A DNA stretch of 55,063 bases from Cyanophyceae cyanobacterium (GCA_038321985.1 JBBQFN010000035.1:1-55063); one strand, 5' to 3'. Shown: positions 30,975-43,025, counted from the stretch's first letter. Numbers and translations are program-made. Notes: generated by a model from the letters alone, not told the origin.

Positions 30975-33900
30975 TTATTTTAAGCCGAGAACCTTGATTT
31001 TGTCTTTCTTTCCTTGGAGGGCTTTTAACTTGCGACGGTGGCGAGATTTGCCGTTCATTAGGCTTTTTAGGTAGCGTTGGAATCCATCGACGTAAGTAAA
31101 CAATACGGGGACGACAATTAAGGTTAAAAGGGTGGAGGTGGAAAATCCGCCGATGACAGCGATCGCCATGGGGGAACGCACTTCGCCTCCTGCCCCTATT
31201 TCTAGGGCGATCGGCATCATTCCGGCGATGGTGGAAAGGGCAGTCATAAAAATGGGTCGTAAGCGGGAAACTCCGGCTTCTATAATTGCTTTAAATTGCC
31301 GCATTCCTTGTTGTTGATTGGCGATGGTACAATCCACTAACAAGATGGCATTTTTGGTGACTAATCCCATCAGCATGACAATCCCAATTAGGGCAAATAG
31401 TCCTAATTCTTTTTGGGTGACCATGAGTCCGAGAAGTGCGCCGCCAACGGATAAAGGGAGGGCAGCCATAATGGTCACCGGATGCAAGAAGTTATTATAT
31501 AAAAGGACTAGGATAGCAAAAATGGACAGAACTGCTAGTCCTAACGCCCCGAGGAATCGTCCGAAAATTTCTTGCATAATTTTGGCATCTCCCGACGATT
31601 GTTGTTCGACCCCTGGGGGGAGTGTCATCCCCGGTAGGACTTCAACTTGGGCGAGGGCATCACCGAGGGAAACGCCTTGTAAGTTGGCTTCAATGGAGAC
31701 TTGACGGGCGCGATCAAAGCGATCAATTTGTGCCGGACCACTACCCAGAACGACGCGGGCAACGGCAGATAAGGGGACTAAGGGTCCGGATTGGCTGGGA
31801 ATTTCCAGATTGCCGATCGCCTTGAGGTCATTGCGATACTCTTTAGATAACCAGACTCGGATCGGAATTTGTCGATCAGTAAGGTCAAATTTCGCCAAAT
31901 TCGCCTCATTATCCCCGAGGGTGGCTAGAGATGCTGTCCGGGCAATCGCCTGGACGGATACCCCCAAATCGGCGGCCCGTTGCAGATCCGGTTTAATCAA
32001 AATTTCCGGTTTAACCAAAGATGCACTGGATGAAACCTCGACCAATCCGGGTACTTCTCGCATCTGCCGTTCTAAAGTATCCGCTGCCTCTTGCAGGGCA
32101 GTGGGATTCTCACTCTTTAGCACAATTGATAAAGCTTTGTTACTTCCCCCGGCCCCAGCCGACAGAAAACTAATCCTTGCACCGGGAATTTGCATAAATT
32201 CTTGCCGCATCTGTTTCTCAAACTCTTGTTGAGAAATCTCCCGATTCTTTTTGGGTAACAGATTAACAAACAATGTAGCCTTATTCACATCTCGGGATGC
32301 ACCCCCAGTTCCCACAGTTGCCAAAACACTCTCTACGGCGGGGTTTTGTTGCAAGAGGGTGATAGTACGTTGAGCCGTGCGATCGCTTTCTTGGAGGGTA
32401 GAACCTGGAGGTAGTTCCACATTTACCGTACTCAACCCCGTATCCCCACTATTAAACAATCCCGTGGGAATATACGGCACTAACTGCAAACTGGCAATAA
32501 AGAAAACAACGGCCATCAACAACGTGATAGTGCGATGTTTGAGCGCCCAAGTGAGAGCAGTGCGATAGGGAGTGATTTTTCGTTGGGGGGAGTTGGCGTT
32601 CTCCGGCGATGTCGTTGCGATCGCTTTAGTCTTACCTGCCTTAGTTTTGCCTGAATGCTTATCTTTGAGCAAATAAGCGCTCAACATCGGTGTCATCGTG
32701 GTAGCCACCAAAGTTGAAAACATTGTAGAAACCGAAACCGTCACCCCGAAGGGTTGGAAAAACTGACCGGGAATTCCTCCCATAAATGCCACAGGTAAAA
32801 AGACAGCCACAATAGTTGCCGTGGTTGCTAATACCGCTAACCCAATTTCCTGGGCCGCATCTATTGCCGCTTGATAGGGTCTTTTCCCCATTTTTAAATG
32901 CTGGTCGATATTTTCGATCATGCAAATAGCATCATCAACTAAATTTCCCACCGCTAGAGAAAGCGCCAGCAACGTCATCCCATTTAAGGTGTAATTGAGC
33001 AGTTGCATCACCAGAAAAGTCGGAAGAATGGACAGGGGTAAAGCAACCGCTGTAATCAACGTGGCCCGCCAATCCCATAAGAATAAACCGACCACCCCGA
33101 CGGTAAGCAAACAGCCCATCACCAACGCATCAATTGAGGCTTGGTAGGAGTCACGAATCTCATTGGCGCGGGTAAAAATTAGCTCAAATTCGATATCATC
33201 CGGCAAGGTTTTTTGGAGTTCCTCAATGCTTTGGCGGACCCCTTCCTCTACAGTAACCAGGGTACTGCCGGTACTCCGCAATACCGAAAAGGCAACCACT
33301 GGGCTAGCAATTTCGCCAGGGTCGGTGACTTGGGGTGGGGAATTGGCACTGCCTTCGGCTGTCCAGAATCGGGCGCTTTGTTGGGGTTCAGCGAATCCAT
33401 CAGTCACCTCTGCCAGACTTTGTAGGGGAACGGCTTCCCCCGAAGGCAGGACAATACGGTAGTCTCGCAATGTGTCTACGGTTTCAGCAGAACCGAGGGT
33501 GCGAATGGTGTTTTCACTGCCCCCGGCTTGGGACCGGCCCCCAGGGAGATTAATGTTTAAACTACGGATTTGGTCGTTGACTTGGGTGGCGGTAATCCCC
33601 AGGGCTTTGATGCGAACGGGGTCCAGGTCGATGAGGATTTCTCGGTCCACGCCACCGATACGATTGATTTGGGCAACTCCAGGAACGGCGAGGATGGCGC
33701 GGGAAATGCCGCGATCAACCAGATCACTCAATTCGGCAACGCTACGGCGATCGGAACGGAGGGCGTAGGTAAGAATAGGTCCACCGGCAAAGTCAAGGCG
33801 GCGAACGATGGGGTCGTTTACATCTTGGGGTAAGTCTTGGCGAATTTGGGCGATCGCATTCCGAACGTCGTTGGTGGCGCGATCGCTATCAGTTCCCAAA

Positions 33901-34193
33901 ACAAAACTAATTACAGTAGTCGATATCCCATCCGTGACGGTAGAGTTGAGTTCGTCAATATTCCCTAACCCCGCCACTGCATCTTCCACTTTTCGGGTGA
34001 CTTGGGTTTCTAATTCCGTAGGTCCGGCACCGGTTTGGGTAACCGTAATACTCACGATCGGAATATCAATATTGGGATTTTCATCAATACCTAACTGACC
34101 AAAGCACATCCAGCCCACCACGGTCAAAATTAGAAACAGGACTAAGGTGGGAACAGGGCTTTTGATAGACCAAGTGGAGATGTGAAAAGACAT
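30975..34193 (-). CDS. RND efflux permease (AcrB/AcrD/AcrF family)
   Basis: 1072 aa; [34 protein letters not shown]. Confidence 0.95.
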   Translation of the reverse strand: MSFHISTWSIKSPVPTLVLFLILTVVGWMCFGQLGIDENPNIDIPIVSITVTQTGAGPTELETQVTRKVEDAVAGLGNIDELNSTVTDGISTTVISFVLGTDSDRATNDVRNAIAQIRQDLPQDVNDPIVRRLDFAGGPILTYALRSDRRSVAELSDLVDRGISRAILAVPGVAQINRIGGVDREILIDLDPVRIKALGITATQVNDQIRSLNINLPGGRSQAGGSENTIRTLGSAETVDTLRDYRIVLPSGEAVPLQSLAEVTDGFAEPQQSARFWTAEGSANSPPQVTDPGEIASPVVAFSVLRSTGSTLVTVEEGVRQSIEELQKTLPDDIEFELIFTRANEIRDSYQASIDALVMGCLLTVGVVGLFLWDWRATLITAVALPLSILPTFLVMQLLNYTLNGMTLLALSLAVGNLVDDAICMIENIDQHLKMGKRPYQAAIDAAQEIGLAVLATTATIVAVFLPVAFMGGIPGQFFQPFGVTVSVSTMFSTLVATTMTPMLSAYLLKDKHSGKTKAGKTKAIATTSPENANSPQRKITPYRTALTWALKHRTITLLMAVVFFIASLQLVPYIPTGLFNSGDTGLSTVNVELPPGSTLQESDRTAQRTITLLQQNPAVESVLATVGTGGASRDVNKATLFVNLLPKKNREISQQEFEKQMRQEFMQIPGARISFLSAGAGGSNKALSIVLKSENPTALQEAADTLERQMREVPGLVEVSSSASLVKPEILIKPDLQRAADLGVSVQAIARTASLATLGDNEANLAKFDLTDRQIPIRVWLSKEYRNDLKAIGNLEIPSQSGPLVPLSAVARVVLGSGPAQIDRFDRARQVSIEANLQGVSLGDALAQVEVLPGMTLPPGVEQQSSGDAKIMQEIFGRFLGALGLAVLSIFAILVLLYNNFLHPVTIMAALPLSVGGALLGLMVTQKELGLFALIGIVMLMGLVTKNAILLVDCTIANQQQGMRQFKAIIEAGVSRLRPIFMTALSTIAGMMPIALEIGAGGEVRSPMAIAVIGGFSTSTLLTLIVVPVLFTYVDGFQRYLKSLMNGKSRHRRKLKALQGKKDKIKVLGLK

Positions 34194-34309
34194 GGGTAGA
34201 TCAAGGATGAAAGAGCAACAGCAGGGGTTTTTTTAGGGGGTCAGGTTTATACTCCATACGGTAGTTATAGGGCTGTTAACAGGATAATAACTTAGTGGAC
34301 CCCACCCTA

Positions 34310-34336
34310 CCCTCCCCTTGCCAAGGGGAGGGAACC
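34310..34336. repeat. Second copy of the CCCTCCCCTTGCCAAGGGGAGGG palindrome
   Basis: Core matches the copy at 3802-3834. Confidence 0.7.
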
Positions 34337-34376
34337 ATCAGATGAAATTAAACGACTTTTGATACCCGGATCAGGT

Positions 34377-36272
34377 TTACATTTCAACCTGGGGGGTGGC
34401 ATTGGCTTCTTCAGCGATCCGGACGCGATCGCCATCTTTCACATAAGCGGCCCCTTCCACCACCACGCGATCGCCGACGGCAAGACCACTTTTAATTTCC
34501 ACTCGGGCGCTACTCAGGTCGGCTGCGGACCCAGCGGCGGCCACCTCTCCCACTTCTACCGGCTGCGCCTGCACCATATCTTCCCCCATCACTCGGTAGA
34601 CGATCGCCCCACCGTCAGCTTGGGGTAATACGGCTTTTGCAGGAATAGTCACCGCTTGGGCTGCATTGGTGGTAATTTCTGCCCGTAAAAACATTCCCGG
34701 TCTTAAAATTGAATCCGAGGGTAAACTAATTTTCACCGTCGCTTGACGACTTTGTTCGTCCACCAAGGGAGCAATTTCCCGCACCGTTCCGCCCACATTA
34801 ATCCGGCTATCTGCATCGGAGGTAATCTGAACCGGCGCGCCAATTTGGACCTGGGATAATTGAGTTTCCGGAATTTTGACCTGGAGTTCAAGTTGACCGT
34901 TGGCAATAATCGAAAAGAGTTGTTTAGAATTCGTGGTTACATCGCCGACTCGTGCCACTCTTTCCGCCACAATACCCGCTTTTGGTGCACGCACAACGGT
35001 GCGATCTTGTTGGGTTTCCACCTGTTGTGCCCGGGCTTGGGTACTGCGAAGATTGGCAGACGAACTGTTCGCATTGGCGCGGGCGCTGTCTAGTTGAGAT
35101 CGCGCGATGCGGACATTGGCAACTGCACTTTCCCGGCGGGCTTGCGCACTGCTGATGTTGGATTGAGCGCTTTGCAGGCGGGCTTTAGCAATATTAATAT
35201 TCGAGTTAGCGCTAGCAACTCGGGCTTCCATGCTGGAAATATTCGCCTGACTACTGGCAATTCGGGCTTCGGCACTTTTAATATTCGCCTGGGCAACGCG
35301 CACCTTTTCTCGGGCGTTTTCGGCGGCTGTGCGTCGGATTTCCAGTTCTTGGGTGGAAACTGCCCCGGCTTGGGCTAATTCTTGGTATCGTTCGCGTTCT
35401 CGTTCCGCTTGGGCGAGTTCTGCTTGGGCTTGGGCGAGGCTAGCGCGGGTTTGTTCCAGTCCTGCTTCAGCTTCGGCTTTAGCGGCGACTGCCTGGGATA
35501 CGCCGGATAGGGCTTCCGATTGGGCGGCGATGACTTGTCCTTCCGCGGCTTCGACTTCCGCTTGGGCGGCGATCGCAGTGGATACTGCGGCTTCAGCTTC
35601 GGATTGGACCGCCAGGGCCTGGGATACGGCAGCTTCAGCGATCGCGATCGCCGCTTGCCGGTCCGCAATGGTGGATCGGGCGGAGTCAATTTGGGCTTCG
35701 GCTTCGGTAATTTGCGATCGCTCTACGGCATCATCTAAAATTGCCAAGACTTGCCCAGCTTCGACCACCTCTCCCTCATCTACCAATACCTGCTTAATTT
35801 GCAACCCCGAGGCTTGAGGTAATACAGGCAATAGGTCGTAGGCTTGGACGGTGCCTGTTGCGTCTAGAGACCTTTCTACTCGGGCCGTTTCTGCGATCGC
35901 CACGGTGACGGTTTGATTGGCAACGGGTTGGGCATTGGGCACCTGGGCAGCGGTTCCCGAGGAGTTGGCAGCGGTTTCCCCCTGCGGTTTGTTTAATAGG
36001 CTCATGGCACCTAGGGCGATCGCCATCCCCATCCCTATCCCCACCATCAGTTTTTTCCACTCGCCGCTTCTTGGAGGGGTTCCAGGGCGCTCCGTTTCCC
36101 TCAGGGACTCCTCTAAATCCTCTGCACTCTCTGACTCAACTTCTACCTCTTGAAGCAGTTTTTGTGAGTCTTGAACCTCTGGGTTTTCCATTGTCTCCTC
36201 AGTCTCCGCTTGTGAGAAAGCCCCTTTCCTCATTTTCCCCCCAAGTCCTAGCGTAGTTTTAAGCGTTTGCAA
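34377..36272 (-). CDS. RND efflux periplasmic adaptor (MFP) with extended Ala-rich coiled coil
   Basis: TM anchor, lipoyl halves (VLVDEGEVVEAGQVLA; VRAPKAGIV), LRPGMF, GLAVGDRVVVEG. Start codon uncertain. Confidence 0.9.
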   Translation of the reverse strand: MQTLKTTLGLGGKMRKGAFSQAETEETMENPEVQDSQKLLQEVEVESESAEDLEESLRETERPGTPPRSGEWKKLMVGIGMGMAIALGAMSLLNKPQGETAANSSGTAAQVPNAQPVANQTVTVAIAETARVERSLDATGTVQAYDLLPVLPQASGLQIKQVLVDEGEVVEAGQVLAILDDAVERSQITEAEAQIDSARSTIADRQAAIAIAEAAVSQALAVQSEAEAAVSTAIAAQAEVEAAEGQVIAAQSEALSGVSQAVAAKAEAEAGLEQTRASLAQAQAELAQAERERERYQELAQAGAVSTQELEIRRTAAENAREKVRVAQANIKSAEARIASSQANISSMEARVASANSNINIAKARLQSAQSNISSAQARRESAVANVRIARSQLDSARANANSSSANLRSTQARAQQVETQQDRTVVRAPKAGIVAERVARVGDVTTNSKQLFSIIANGQLELQVKIPETQLSQVQIGAPVQITSDADSRINVGGTVREIAPLVDEQSRQATVKISLPSDSILRPGMFLRAEITTNAAQAVTIPAKAVLPQADGGAIVYRVMGEDMVQAQPVEVGEVAAAGSAADLSSARVEIKSGLAVGDRVVVEGAAYVKDGDRVRIAEEANATPQVEM

Positions 36273-36801
36273 AGAAACATTGCAATTTGTTTCATTTCTA
36301 TAATTTTAATAGAATCTGCTGCCCTTAGGGGAGTAATTTTTACCATAGGGCAGTATTTACACCTTCTGGAGAATTGCAAATTATATATAAGCAATTGAGA
36401 AATTATTAAAAACTTAAAAACTGAGAAGTTATCTCAACTAAACCCGATAGTTATGATTCAATGCAGTTAAGAACAATTAAATTAGACTGATAGAATTAAT
36501 CTGTTTAGCCCCCTGATTAAAAGAGGTTGGGCAAAAGCGCTCCCGAATCCTGGAAGAGGTCTATGATCAGAATAAGTTTGAGTTGGATATTCTTTGAGAG
36601 AATCTTCCTAAGCGGACGGATGACTGATCACCTCACCAGTCTGGGAAGAGAGGGAGCCATAAGCATTTGACCCAGGCTGTAAAAAAAACAGCCAAACTTT
36701 TGATGACAAAATAGACATAAATGCGGTAAATAAAAATAATAAGCATCTGCAACTCCTGCAAACCCGGGAAACTAGAACTCTGCAAAGCGCGAGTACCAAC
36801 T

Positions 36802-37641
36802 ATGCTCAATACCACTGAAATACTGATCAACAACTTTGTGCAAAAGCTGAGGGAGGGCTACCGTCGAACCTACGGTGGATATAAACCGAACTACGAAGAT
36901 ATTATTGCTTGGGCGGGGAGCATGGCCCTAGAAAATATTGCTAACAGTGACGCCCTGTATCACAATGTCGAACATACGATTTTGGTGACCTTGGTGGGGC
37001 AGGAAATCATGCGAGGCAAGCATATCCGGGAAGGGGGAGTCTCTTGTGAAGGGTGGCTTCATTTCATAATTTCCCTAGTTTGCCATGATATTGGCTATGT
37101 CAAAGGCGTGTGCCGCGCGGACAAAAATGGATGGTTTGCCACGGGACAAAAGGATGAAATGATTCAGCTTAAAGCCGGATCGAGTGATGCGGGACTGACG
37201 CCGTATCACGTTGATCGCGCCAAACTCTTTATTGATGAACGGTTTGGGGGTCATCAACTCATTGATGCTGAAGAAATCAAGTACAATATCGAACTGACTC
37301 GTTTTCCAGTCCCCAAAGCCGAGGATCATCAAGATACGATTAACTATCCCGGAATGGTTCGCGCAGCGGATTTAATTGGACAACTGAGCGATCCACGCTA
37401 TTTGAAGAAAATCGGGGCCTTATTCTATGAATTTGAAGAGACCGGCACGAATAAAGTCCTAGGTTACCAACATCCAGGAGATTTACGCAAGAACTATCCT
37501 AAGTTTTACTGGAATGGAGTTTATCCCTACGTCAAAGATGCCCTCGAATATCTGACGCTCACTCAGCAAGGAAAACAGGTGATTGCCAATCTTTACTCCA
37601 ATGTCTTTGTGGTGGAACATGAGACTTCCCAAGAGCAATAG
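36802..37641 (+). CDS. HD-domain metal-dependent phosphohydrolase (conserved cyanobacterial family)
   Basis: YHNVEHT, CHDIGY, PYHVDR, RAADLIGQ. Confidence 0.9.
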   Translation: MLNTTEILINNFVQKLREGYRRTYGGYKPNYEDIIAWAGSMALENIANSDALYHNVEHTILVTLVGQEIMRGKHIREGGVSCEGWLHFIISLVCHDIGYVKGVCRADKNGWFATGQKDEMIQLKAGSSDAGLTPYHVDRAKLFIDERFGGHQLIDAEEIKYNIELTRFPVPKAEDHQDTINYPGMVRAADLIGQLSDPRYLKKIGALFYEFEETGTNKVLGYQHPGDLRKNYPKFYWNGVYPYVKDALEYLTLTQQGKQVIANLYSNVFVVEHETSQEQ

Positions 37642-37805
37642 GAGACACTAGGCGATCGCAACCCCTCTTCCAGAAGGGCTGTTGCGGAGGGGTTGAGTTG
37701 GGAGATAGGGGCTCTGGAGGGCTGAGGGGGGGTCGATTCTCCCGGGGTTTCGCCTCTGGCCTATTAAAATGATCCAAGACGTCTATTGAAAGGCCCTATC
37801 GAGTA

Positions 37806-38939
37806 ATGAAACAAGTCTTTTCACCCTTCCAACAGTTTTTACTAACTTGGCTGCTGATATTAGGAACAGGTTGGGCCACTGTGAATACCCTGAGTTATGT
37901 AGGAGAAGCGATCGGTATTCTCATCACAGCCGGGTTGATTGCCTTTTTACTCAACTATGCGGTTAGTAGATTGCAAACCGTGCTACCGCGAGGCATTGCA
38001 GCGGTTGGGGTTTATTTGTTGGCAGGTTTACTGGTCCTGGTGGTTGGATTAACGGTGGTGCCGCCGGTATTTAATCAAGGTCGCCAACTCATTGAAAACT
38101 TTCCCGCCTTGCGCCAGTCGGCACAGGACCAACTCGCCGGATTTCAGACTTGGAGTGAGGCCCGCAATCTGCCCTTTGATGTGGGCCTGGTAGAGCAGCA
38201 GATCGGGGAACGGATGCAGGGACAGGTCCAGGCGATCGCCTCCCGAGGGTTTGGGTTAGTCGTCGGAACGGTAAGCTGGTTCTTAGACGGGGTACTCATT
38301 CTAGTCATTTCATTTTATATGTTAATTGACGGGGAACGCTTATGGCGCACCCTCACCTGGATTTTTGCCCCGAATATTCGAGAGCAACTCACTGAGTCCT
38401 TGCGGCGTAATCTTCAAAAATTTGTCTCGGGACAATTGCTGCTGGGTTTATTTATGGCAGTGACCCTGACTCCGGCATTTTGGGCCTTACAAGTGCCTTT
38501 TTTCCTGTTATTTGCCGTCTTTATCGGCATCATGGAAATCATTCCCTTTGTGGGGGCTGCCCTAGGGATTGGTGCAGTGTGCCTGATTGTGGCCTTTATT
38601 GATTGGTGGTTGGCGTTGCAAGTCTTGGCTGTGGCGATCGCCTTGCAACAAGTCAAGGATAATGTGATGGCCCCCCGGATTATGGGCAGTCTCACCGGAT
38701 TATCTCCGGTGATTATTTTTACCTCTCTGTTGTTAGGGGCCAAAATAGGGGGATTTTTAGGCATTATCCTGGCAATTCCCCTAACGGGGGTGATCAAAAG
38801 TATCGTGGAAATTGCGATCGACCCCACCCTACCCCCACAAACCGGGAGTTTCTTCAATAACATCCTGACTCAGAAACCGCCGGAATCTTTGAAAGCAGAA
38901 ATAGCCGCAGCTTCTGAGGGCGATCGCATCGTTTCCTAA
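37806..38939 (+). CDS. AI-2E family transporter
   Basis: Hydrophobic helices, QQVKDNVMAPRIMG, GIILAIPLTG. Confidence 0.88.
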   Translation: MKQVFSPFQQFLLTWLLILGTGWATVNTLSYVGEAIGILITAGLIAFLLNYAVSRLQTVLPRGIAAVGVYLLAGLLVLVVGLTVVPPVFNQGRQLIENFPALRQSAQDQLAGFQTWSEARNLPFDVGLVEQQIGERMQGQVQAIASRGFGLVVGTVSWFLDGVLILVISFYMLIDGERLWRTLTWIFAPNIREQLTESLRRNLQKFVSGQLLLGLFMAVTLTPAFWALQVPFFLLFAVFIGIMEIIPFVGAALGIGAVCLIVAFIDWWLALQVLAVAIALQQVKDNVMAPRIMGSLTGLSPVIIFTSLLLGAKIGGFLGIILAIPLTGVIKSIVEIAIDPTLPPQTGSFFNNILTQKPPESLKAEIAAASEGDRIVS

Positions 38940-39025
38940 GCCGGAATAACCCCTCATTGGAAACCCAACCCCACCCTCCCACAGATCCAGACATCGGCCC
39001 GGGTTGGATGGGGTCTCTAGTCCTG

Positions 39026-40096
39026 TTAACGCTCAACACTCCGGGGGTCAAGGGCATCTCGCAATCCATCCCCCAAGAGGTTAAACGCCAGTACCGTTAA
39101 AATAATTAACAGGGCTGGGGGCCATACTAACCACGGTTGTAGCACCAAAATTGAGGCATTCGTTGAAAGGGATAGCATATTTCCCCAGGAGGGGTCCGGC
39201 TGCTGAATTCCTAACCCAATTAGACTTAAGACCGATTCAGCCACAATAAAACCCGGTATCGATAGGGTAGCGGCAATAATCGTATAGGTAGCCGTCTGGG
39301 GGATGACGTGACGGAGAATAATGTAGAACGGTTTGGCTCCCATTGCTTTAGCCGACTGGACAAATTCTCGCTCTTTAATTGAGAGGACTTGACCCCGAAT
39401 TACCCGTGCCAGTCCGGACCAACCGACAAATGAGGTAATGATCACAATCAAGATAAAGCGTTCGGCACTGCTGATTCCGGCAGGTAAGATTAGGGTCAGA
39501 GTGACTAATAGATAAATACTGGGAATCGTCATCAAAACTTCTACCAGCCGCATTAATATACTATCCACTGCACCGCCAAAATACCCCGAAATCCCTCCGA
39601 CAATTGTCCCCAGGGGAAAGGAAATCGAAATACCCACTAACCCAATAAATAAGCTAATCCGCGCCCCGAGGACGAGGCGGCTGAATTGATCCCTAGCTTG
39701 ATCGTCAGTACCTAGGATGTTCACTGCTCCGGGTCCTGTGGTTCCGAACAGATGAATATCTCCCTCAATTAACCCAAATAGCTTATAGGCGGGTCCTTTC
39801 ACGAATAGCCCCAGTCGTGAAGGCTGCTCATAATCTACAAGTAAGAGGCGATCGCCGGTGTCCATGTCAATCGGCCCTTGGGTGGTGGGATACACATGGG
39901 GACCGATCAAGGCTCCAGAGGTTTGACTGCGCCAGTAAATTTGCGTTGGTGGCAACAGGGCCCCACTCGGCTGAGAAACATAGGCATCATAGGGGGCGAC
40001 AAACTCAGCGGCGATCGCAGCTAAGTAGAATACCAATAACAAAATAGCGCCTAACCGAGCCAAGGGGTTCTTTTTTAACTTTTTCCACCAGTTCAT
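39026..40096 (-). CDS. Peptide ABC transporter permease (DppC/OppC family)
   Basis: LGTDDQARDQFSRL, GARISL, EFVQSAKAMGA, FNLLGDGLRDALDP. Confidence 0.93.
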   Translation of the reverse strand: MNWWKKLKKNPLARLGAILLLVFYLAAIAAEFVAPYDAYVSQPSGALLPPTQIYWRSQTSGALIGPHVYPTTQGPIDMDTGDRLLLVDYEQPSRLGLFVKGPAYKLFGLIEGDIHLFGTTGPGAVNILGTDDQARDQFSRLVLGARISLFIGLVGISISFPLGTIVGGISGYFGGAVDSILMRLVEVLMTIPSIYLLVTLTLILPAGISSAERFILIVIITSFVGWSGLARVIRGQVLSIKEREFVQSAKAMGAKPFYIILRHVIPQTATYTIIAATLSIPGFIVAESVLSLIGLGIQQPDPSWGNMLSLSTNASILVLQPWLVWPPALLIILTVLAFNLLGDGLRDALDPRSVER

Positions 40097-40569
40097 AGTA
40101 TTTCTTCTGTTCTTAAGGTTTAGAGAAGCTGAAATAATAGACAAAAGGGAGCATCACAACCGGCGATCGGTACAGAGATTCCTTACCCTCACCCCCTCAC
40201 CTCCTGACGTTAAAAATTAAGAAAGTGGGGAACACTTTAATCATCCAATGTCCATAAAATTAGCAGAAAAATGACAAATAACCCCACCTGCAAAGGCAGG
40301 CGGATCGATCCGACCAAAAGGATTGGGATACTGACTAACAATGAAGTCAGAAGCCAAGCCAGGTAACTCACCACCAACATGACAATCACAGACATAATGA
40401 CAATTCACAGGAAATGACCGAAAAGGCTATCGGGTGTTGGCATTCGTTAACATAGAAATCTGCAATATCGATTTATATATTATTGCCAGATTAAAGACCT
40501 ACAGATGATTTCAGCCGCCTAGAGAATTGCAAGCTGAATTCCTCTATTCTGCAAGAGGATCCTAAGACT

Positions 40570-41061
40570 ATGGTAACAAATGGCATCAATCCCTGGAAAT
40601 GTACCGCAGCGATCGCCTTCATCGTTGCTTTCAGTGCAATCCCAACTTTTGCCAACTCTGCCAATTTTGAACGCTTAATTTTAGGACCCGGATTTCACCC
40701 CACTCAGGGATCTGTCTCTGGTTTTACGGGGGGTTCTATTTCTCTTCCTGCCGTGACGACAGTACGCGATCGCCATAACGAACTCTGTCTAGGATTCGGG
40801 GATCCGACTCCGGATCATATCATGGAATTATGAGCTGGCTTTTCCCGCCTAACCCTAGAAACCAATAGTCGAGGTGTGGATACGACGTTAATTATCAAGG
40901 GACCCGATAATACCTTTCGCTGCGGGGATAATACGGAGTTAAGTTTAGATGCCCGCGTCACAGACACCAACTGGCAACAAGGCATCTATCAAATTTGGGT
41001 GGGAACCAAAGAAATGGGGCTACGACGCAGATATAGACTGACAGTGCGCCAGGAAGGGTAG
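40570..41061 (+). pseudogene. Exported protein gene interrupted by an in-frame TGA at 40831-40833
   Basis: ORFs 40570-40833 and 40876-41061 share a frame. Reading through gives signal peptide...PDHIMEL*AGFSRLTLETNSRGVDTTLIIKGP...YQIWVG. Confidence 0.7.
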
Positions 41062-41308
41062 GGATGCCATAGTAGTCGGCTGGAGTGCCCCACCCCTTTT
41101 TGGGATCCTTAACACCCTCTGCCGTTCCTCTAGGGTGACAGAAAAGGAGGCCAGAATTTAACCCTACACCACCAGGTTGCTCAGAAAATATTCAGAACCA
41201 GTGACATTTTAGGCTTGAAAAAACCCTCGGATCCAGGGTCGAGCGGTCGGATTCCTCGAAGCACGATACAATAAAAGATGGTTTATTTGCCGAGAGTGTT
41301 AACGAAGC

Positions 41309-42061
41309 GTGCTAAATACCCTTGTAGCTGACTTCCGAATTATTTTTGAGCGTGACCCAGCCGCACGCAACTGGCTAGAAGTTTTATTTTGCTATCCAGG
41401 TTTGCAAGCGCTGATGTTTCACCGTGTCGCCCACTGGTTACACCAAGTTGGCCTTCCCTTCATTCCTCGCCTGATTTCTCATCTGGCGCGCTTTTTAACC
41501 GGGATTGAAATTCACCCGGGGGCGGCGATCGGTCGGGGAGTTTTCATCGATCATGGCATGGGAGTCGTCATTGGCGAAACTGCGATCGTGGGCGATTATA
41601 GCTTAATTTATCAAGGGGTCACCCTCGGCGGTACAGGAAAGGAAACCGGCAAGCGTCACCCCACCCTAGGGGAAAATGTCGTCGTCGGTGCCGGTGCTAA
41701 GGTACTCGGCAATCTCCAAATTGGCAATAATGTCCGCATTGGTGCCGGTTCCGTGGTGTTACGGGATGTTCCTTCTGATTGTACCGTGGTGGGAGTTCCC
41801 GGTCGGATTCTCTATCGTTCCGGCGTTCGAGTCAACCCCCTCGAACATGGTCAATTGCCTGATTCTGAGGCATCGGCGATTCGCAGTTTACTCGATCGCA
41901 TTGAAACCTTGGAACAGCAGGTACAAGATATTAAACCCCAAAAACCTTCCTTTGTGTTTGTCGGTGCCAGGTGTGAGGAGTCCTCTTTAGAGCAATTCGC
42001 CCCTAATTGTAGCATTAATAATAAAGCCATTCAAGAGTTTCTTGATGGGGCTGGCATTTGA
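41309..42061 (+). CDS. cysE: Serine O-acetyltransferase
   Basis: [37 protein letters not shown]. Confidence 0.97.
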   Translation: MLNTLVADFRIIFERDPAARNWLEVLFCYPGLQALMFHRVAHWLHQVGLPFIPRLISHLARFLTGIEIHPGAAIGRGVFIDHGMGVVIGETAIVGDYSLIYQGVTLGGTGKETGKRHPTLGENVVVGAGAKVLGNLQIGNNVRIGAGSVVLRDVPSDCTVVGVPGRILYRSGVRVNPLEHGQLPDSEASAIRSLLDRIETLEQQVQDIKPQKPSFVFVGARCEESSLEQFAPNCSINNKAIQEFLDGAGI

Positions 42062-42114
42062 CCCTCTACAATTTCTCCAAACCGATTAAACCTTACTTTA
42101 CAATGATTCATGAA

Positions 42115-42139
42115 GGCCCGCTTCGGCGGGCTATTTTTA
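42115..42139 (+). terminator. Intrinsic terminator after cysE
   Basis: gcccgc-ttcg-gcgggc followed by tatttttt (UUCG loop). Confidence 0.85.
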
Positions 42140-42284
42140 TGGGCTGTAATCAGCAGTTTCAGGGTCAAAGTTTCAGGGTTTTAGATTATTCTAAATCCGA
42201 TTGATTTTACTTGAACTAGATAACCTGCCTTGATAATTGAGCTTGTGACTGAGGAGAAGATGATTAATCTTACCGCCCGTTATG

Positions 42285-42461
42285 CTACAAATCCGCTTTG
42301 GGCTTTAATTGGGAAGCGGTGACAAAGGCGACGGTTCCGCCAATTAACCCCCAAATTAGCCATAAACTCCAGTTGTATCCTTTCCGTTTCGCAACTCCGG
42401 CTGCTACTATTCCCATGATACAATGAGCGATGGCTAAGAAGTATAAAAATGATAAATTCAT
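42285..42461 (-). CDS. Small two-helix membrane protein (58 aa), absent from the ORF track
   Basis: Hand translation MNLSFLYFLAIAHCIMGIVAAGVAKRKGYNWSLWLIWGLIGGTVAFVTASQLKPKADL*: two hydrophobic helices separated by KRKG. Confidence 0.75.
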   Translation of the reverse strand: MNLSFLYFLAIAHCIMGIVAAGVAKRKGYNWSLWLIWGLIGGTVAFVTASQLKPKADL

Positions 42462-42500
42462 AGAGGAAGAATTACAATTGCTGAAAGGACGAACAATAGC

Positions 42501-42529
42501 GGCGACTGTACCATTCCGGTACAGTCGCC
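42501..42529 (-). terminator. Perfect 12-bp hairpin after the 159-aa gene
   Basis: ggcgactgtacc-attcc-ggtacagtcgcc, 17 nt past the stop codon; weak U-tail. Confidence 0.6.
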
Positions 42530-42545
42530 TACATTACTTCTGAGG

Positions 42546-43025
42546 TTACTCGGCAGTGGATTTGAGTACGCGATCGAGAATAGTCCGCGCTTCTTCGGCT
42601 TGCTCTCTAGCCGCTTGATAGCGCTGATTGGCTTGAGCAAAGGTTTTTAGAGTTTTAAATCCTTCTTTGAGATTGGCAATTTCCTCTTCAGTGACGGGTC
42701 TATCTTCAAAGAGAATATCGATTTGCTCACGCACCTTGAGTGCATCAGCATGAGAACGGTCTACTTTTTCCTTAAGAGTGACCAAACTACTCAAAATTTG
42801 GACCGCTTCTGTTAGCGCATCATCGCTGTTTTCATCTAAGAGTTCGGGTTCTTTCACTTCAATAAATTGTTTAGGACTAAATCCCTCTGAAAGTTTGGTT
42901 GGCAGTTTCCCCTCATCCATCATTTCGAGGAGTTGCTCCATTGCTTTGTCACGGGCTTTTGGGGAATCTTTACCCGGAACGGTCAAGATTATTTCTGGAG
43001 ATTGGACGATCGTGTACTGAACCAT
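42546..43025 (-). CDS. Conserved hypothetical protein
   Basis: MVQYTIVQSPEIILTVPGKDSPKARDKAM..., helical, normal codon usage. Confidence 0.8.
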   Translation of the reverse strand: MVQYTIVQSPEIILTVPGKDSPKARDKAMEQLLEMMDEGKLPTKLSEGFSPKQFIEVKEPELLDENSDDALTEAVQILSSLVTLKEKVDRSHADALKVREQIDILFEDRPVTEEEIANLKEGFKTLKTFAQANQRYQAAREQAEEARTILDRVLKSTAE

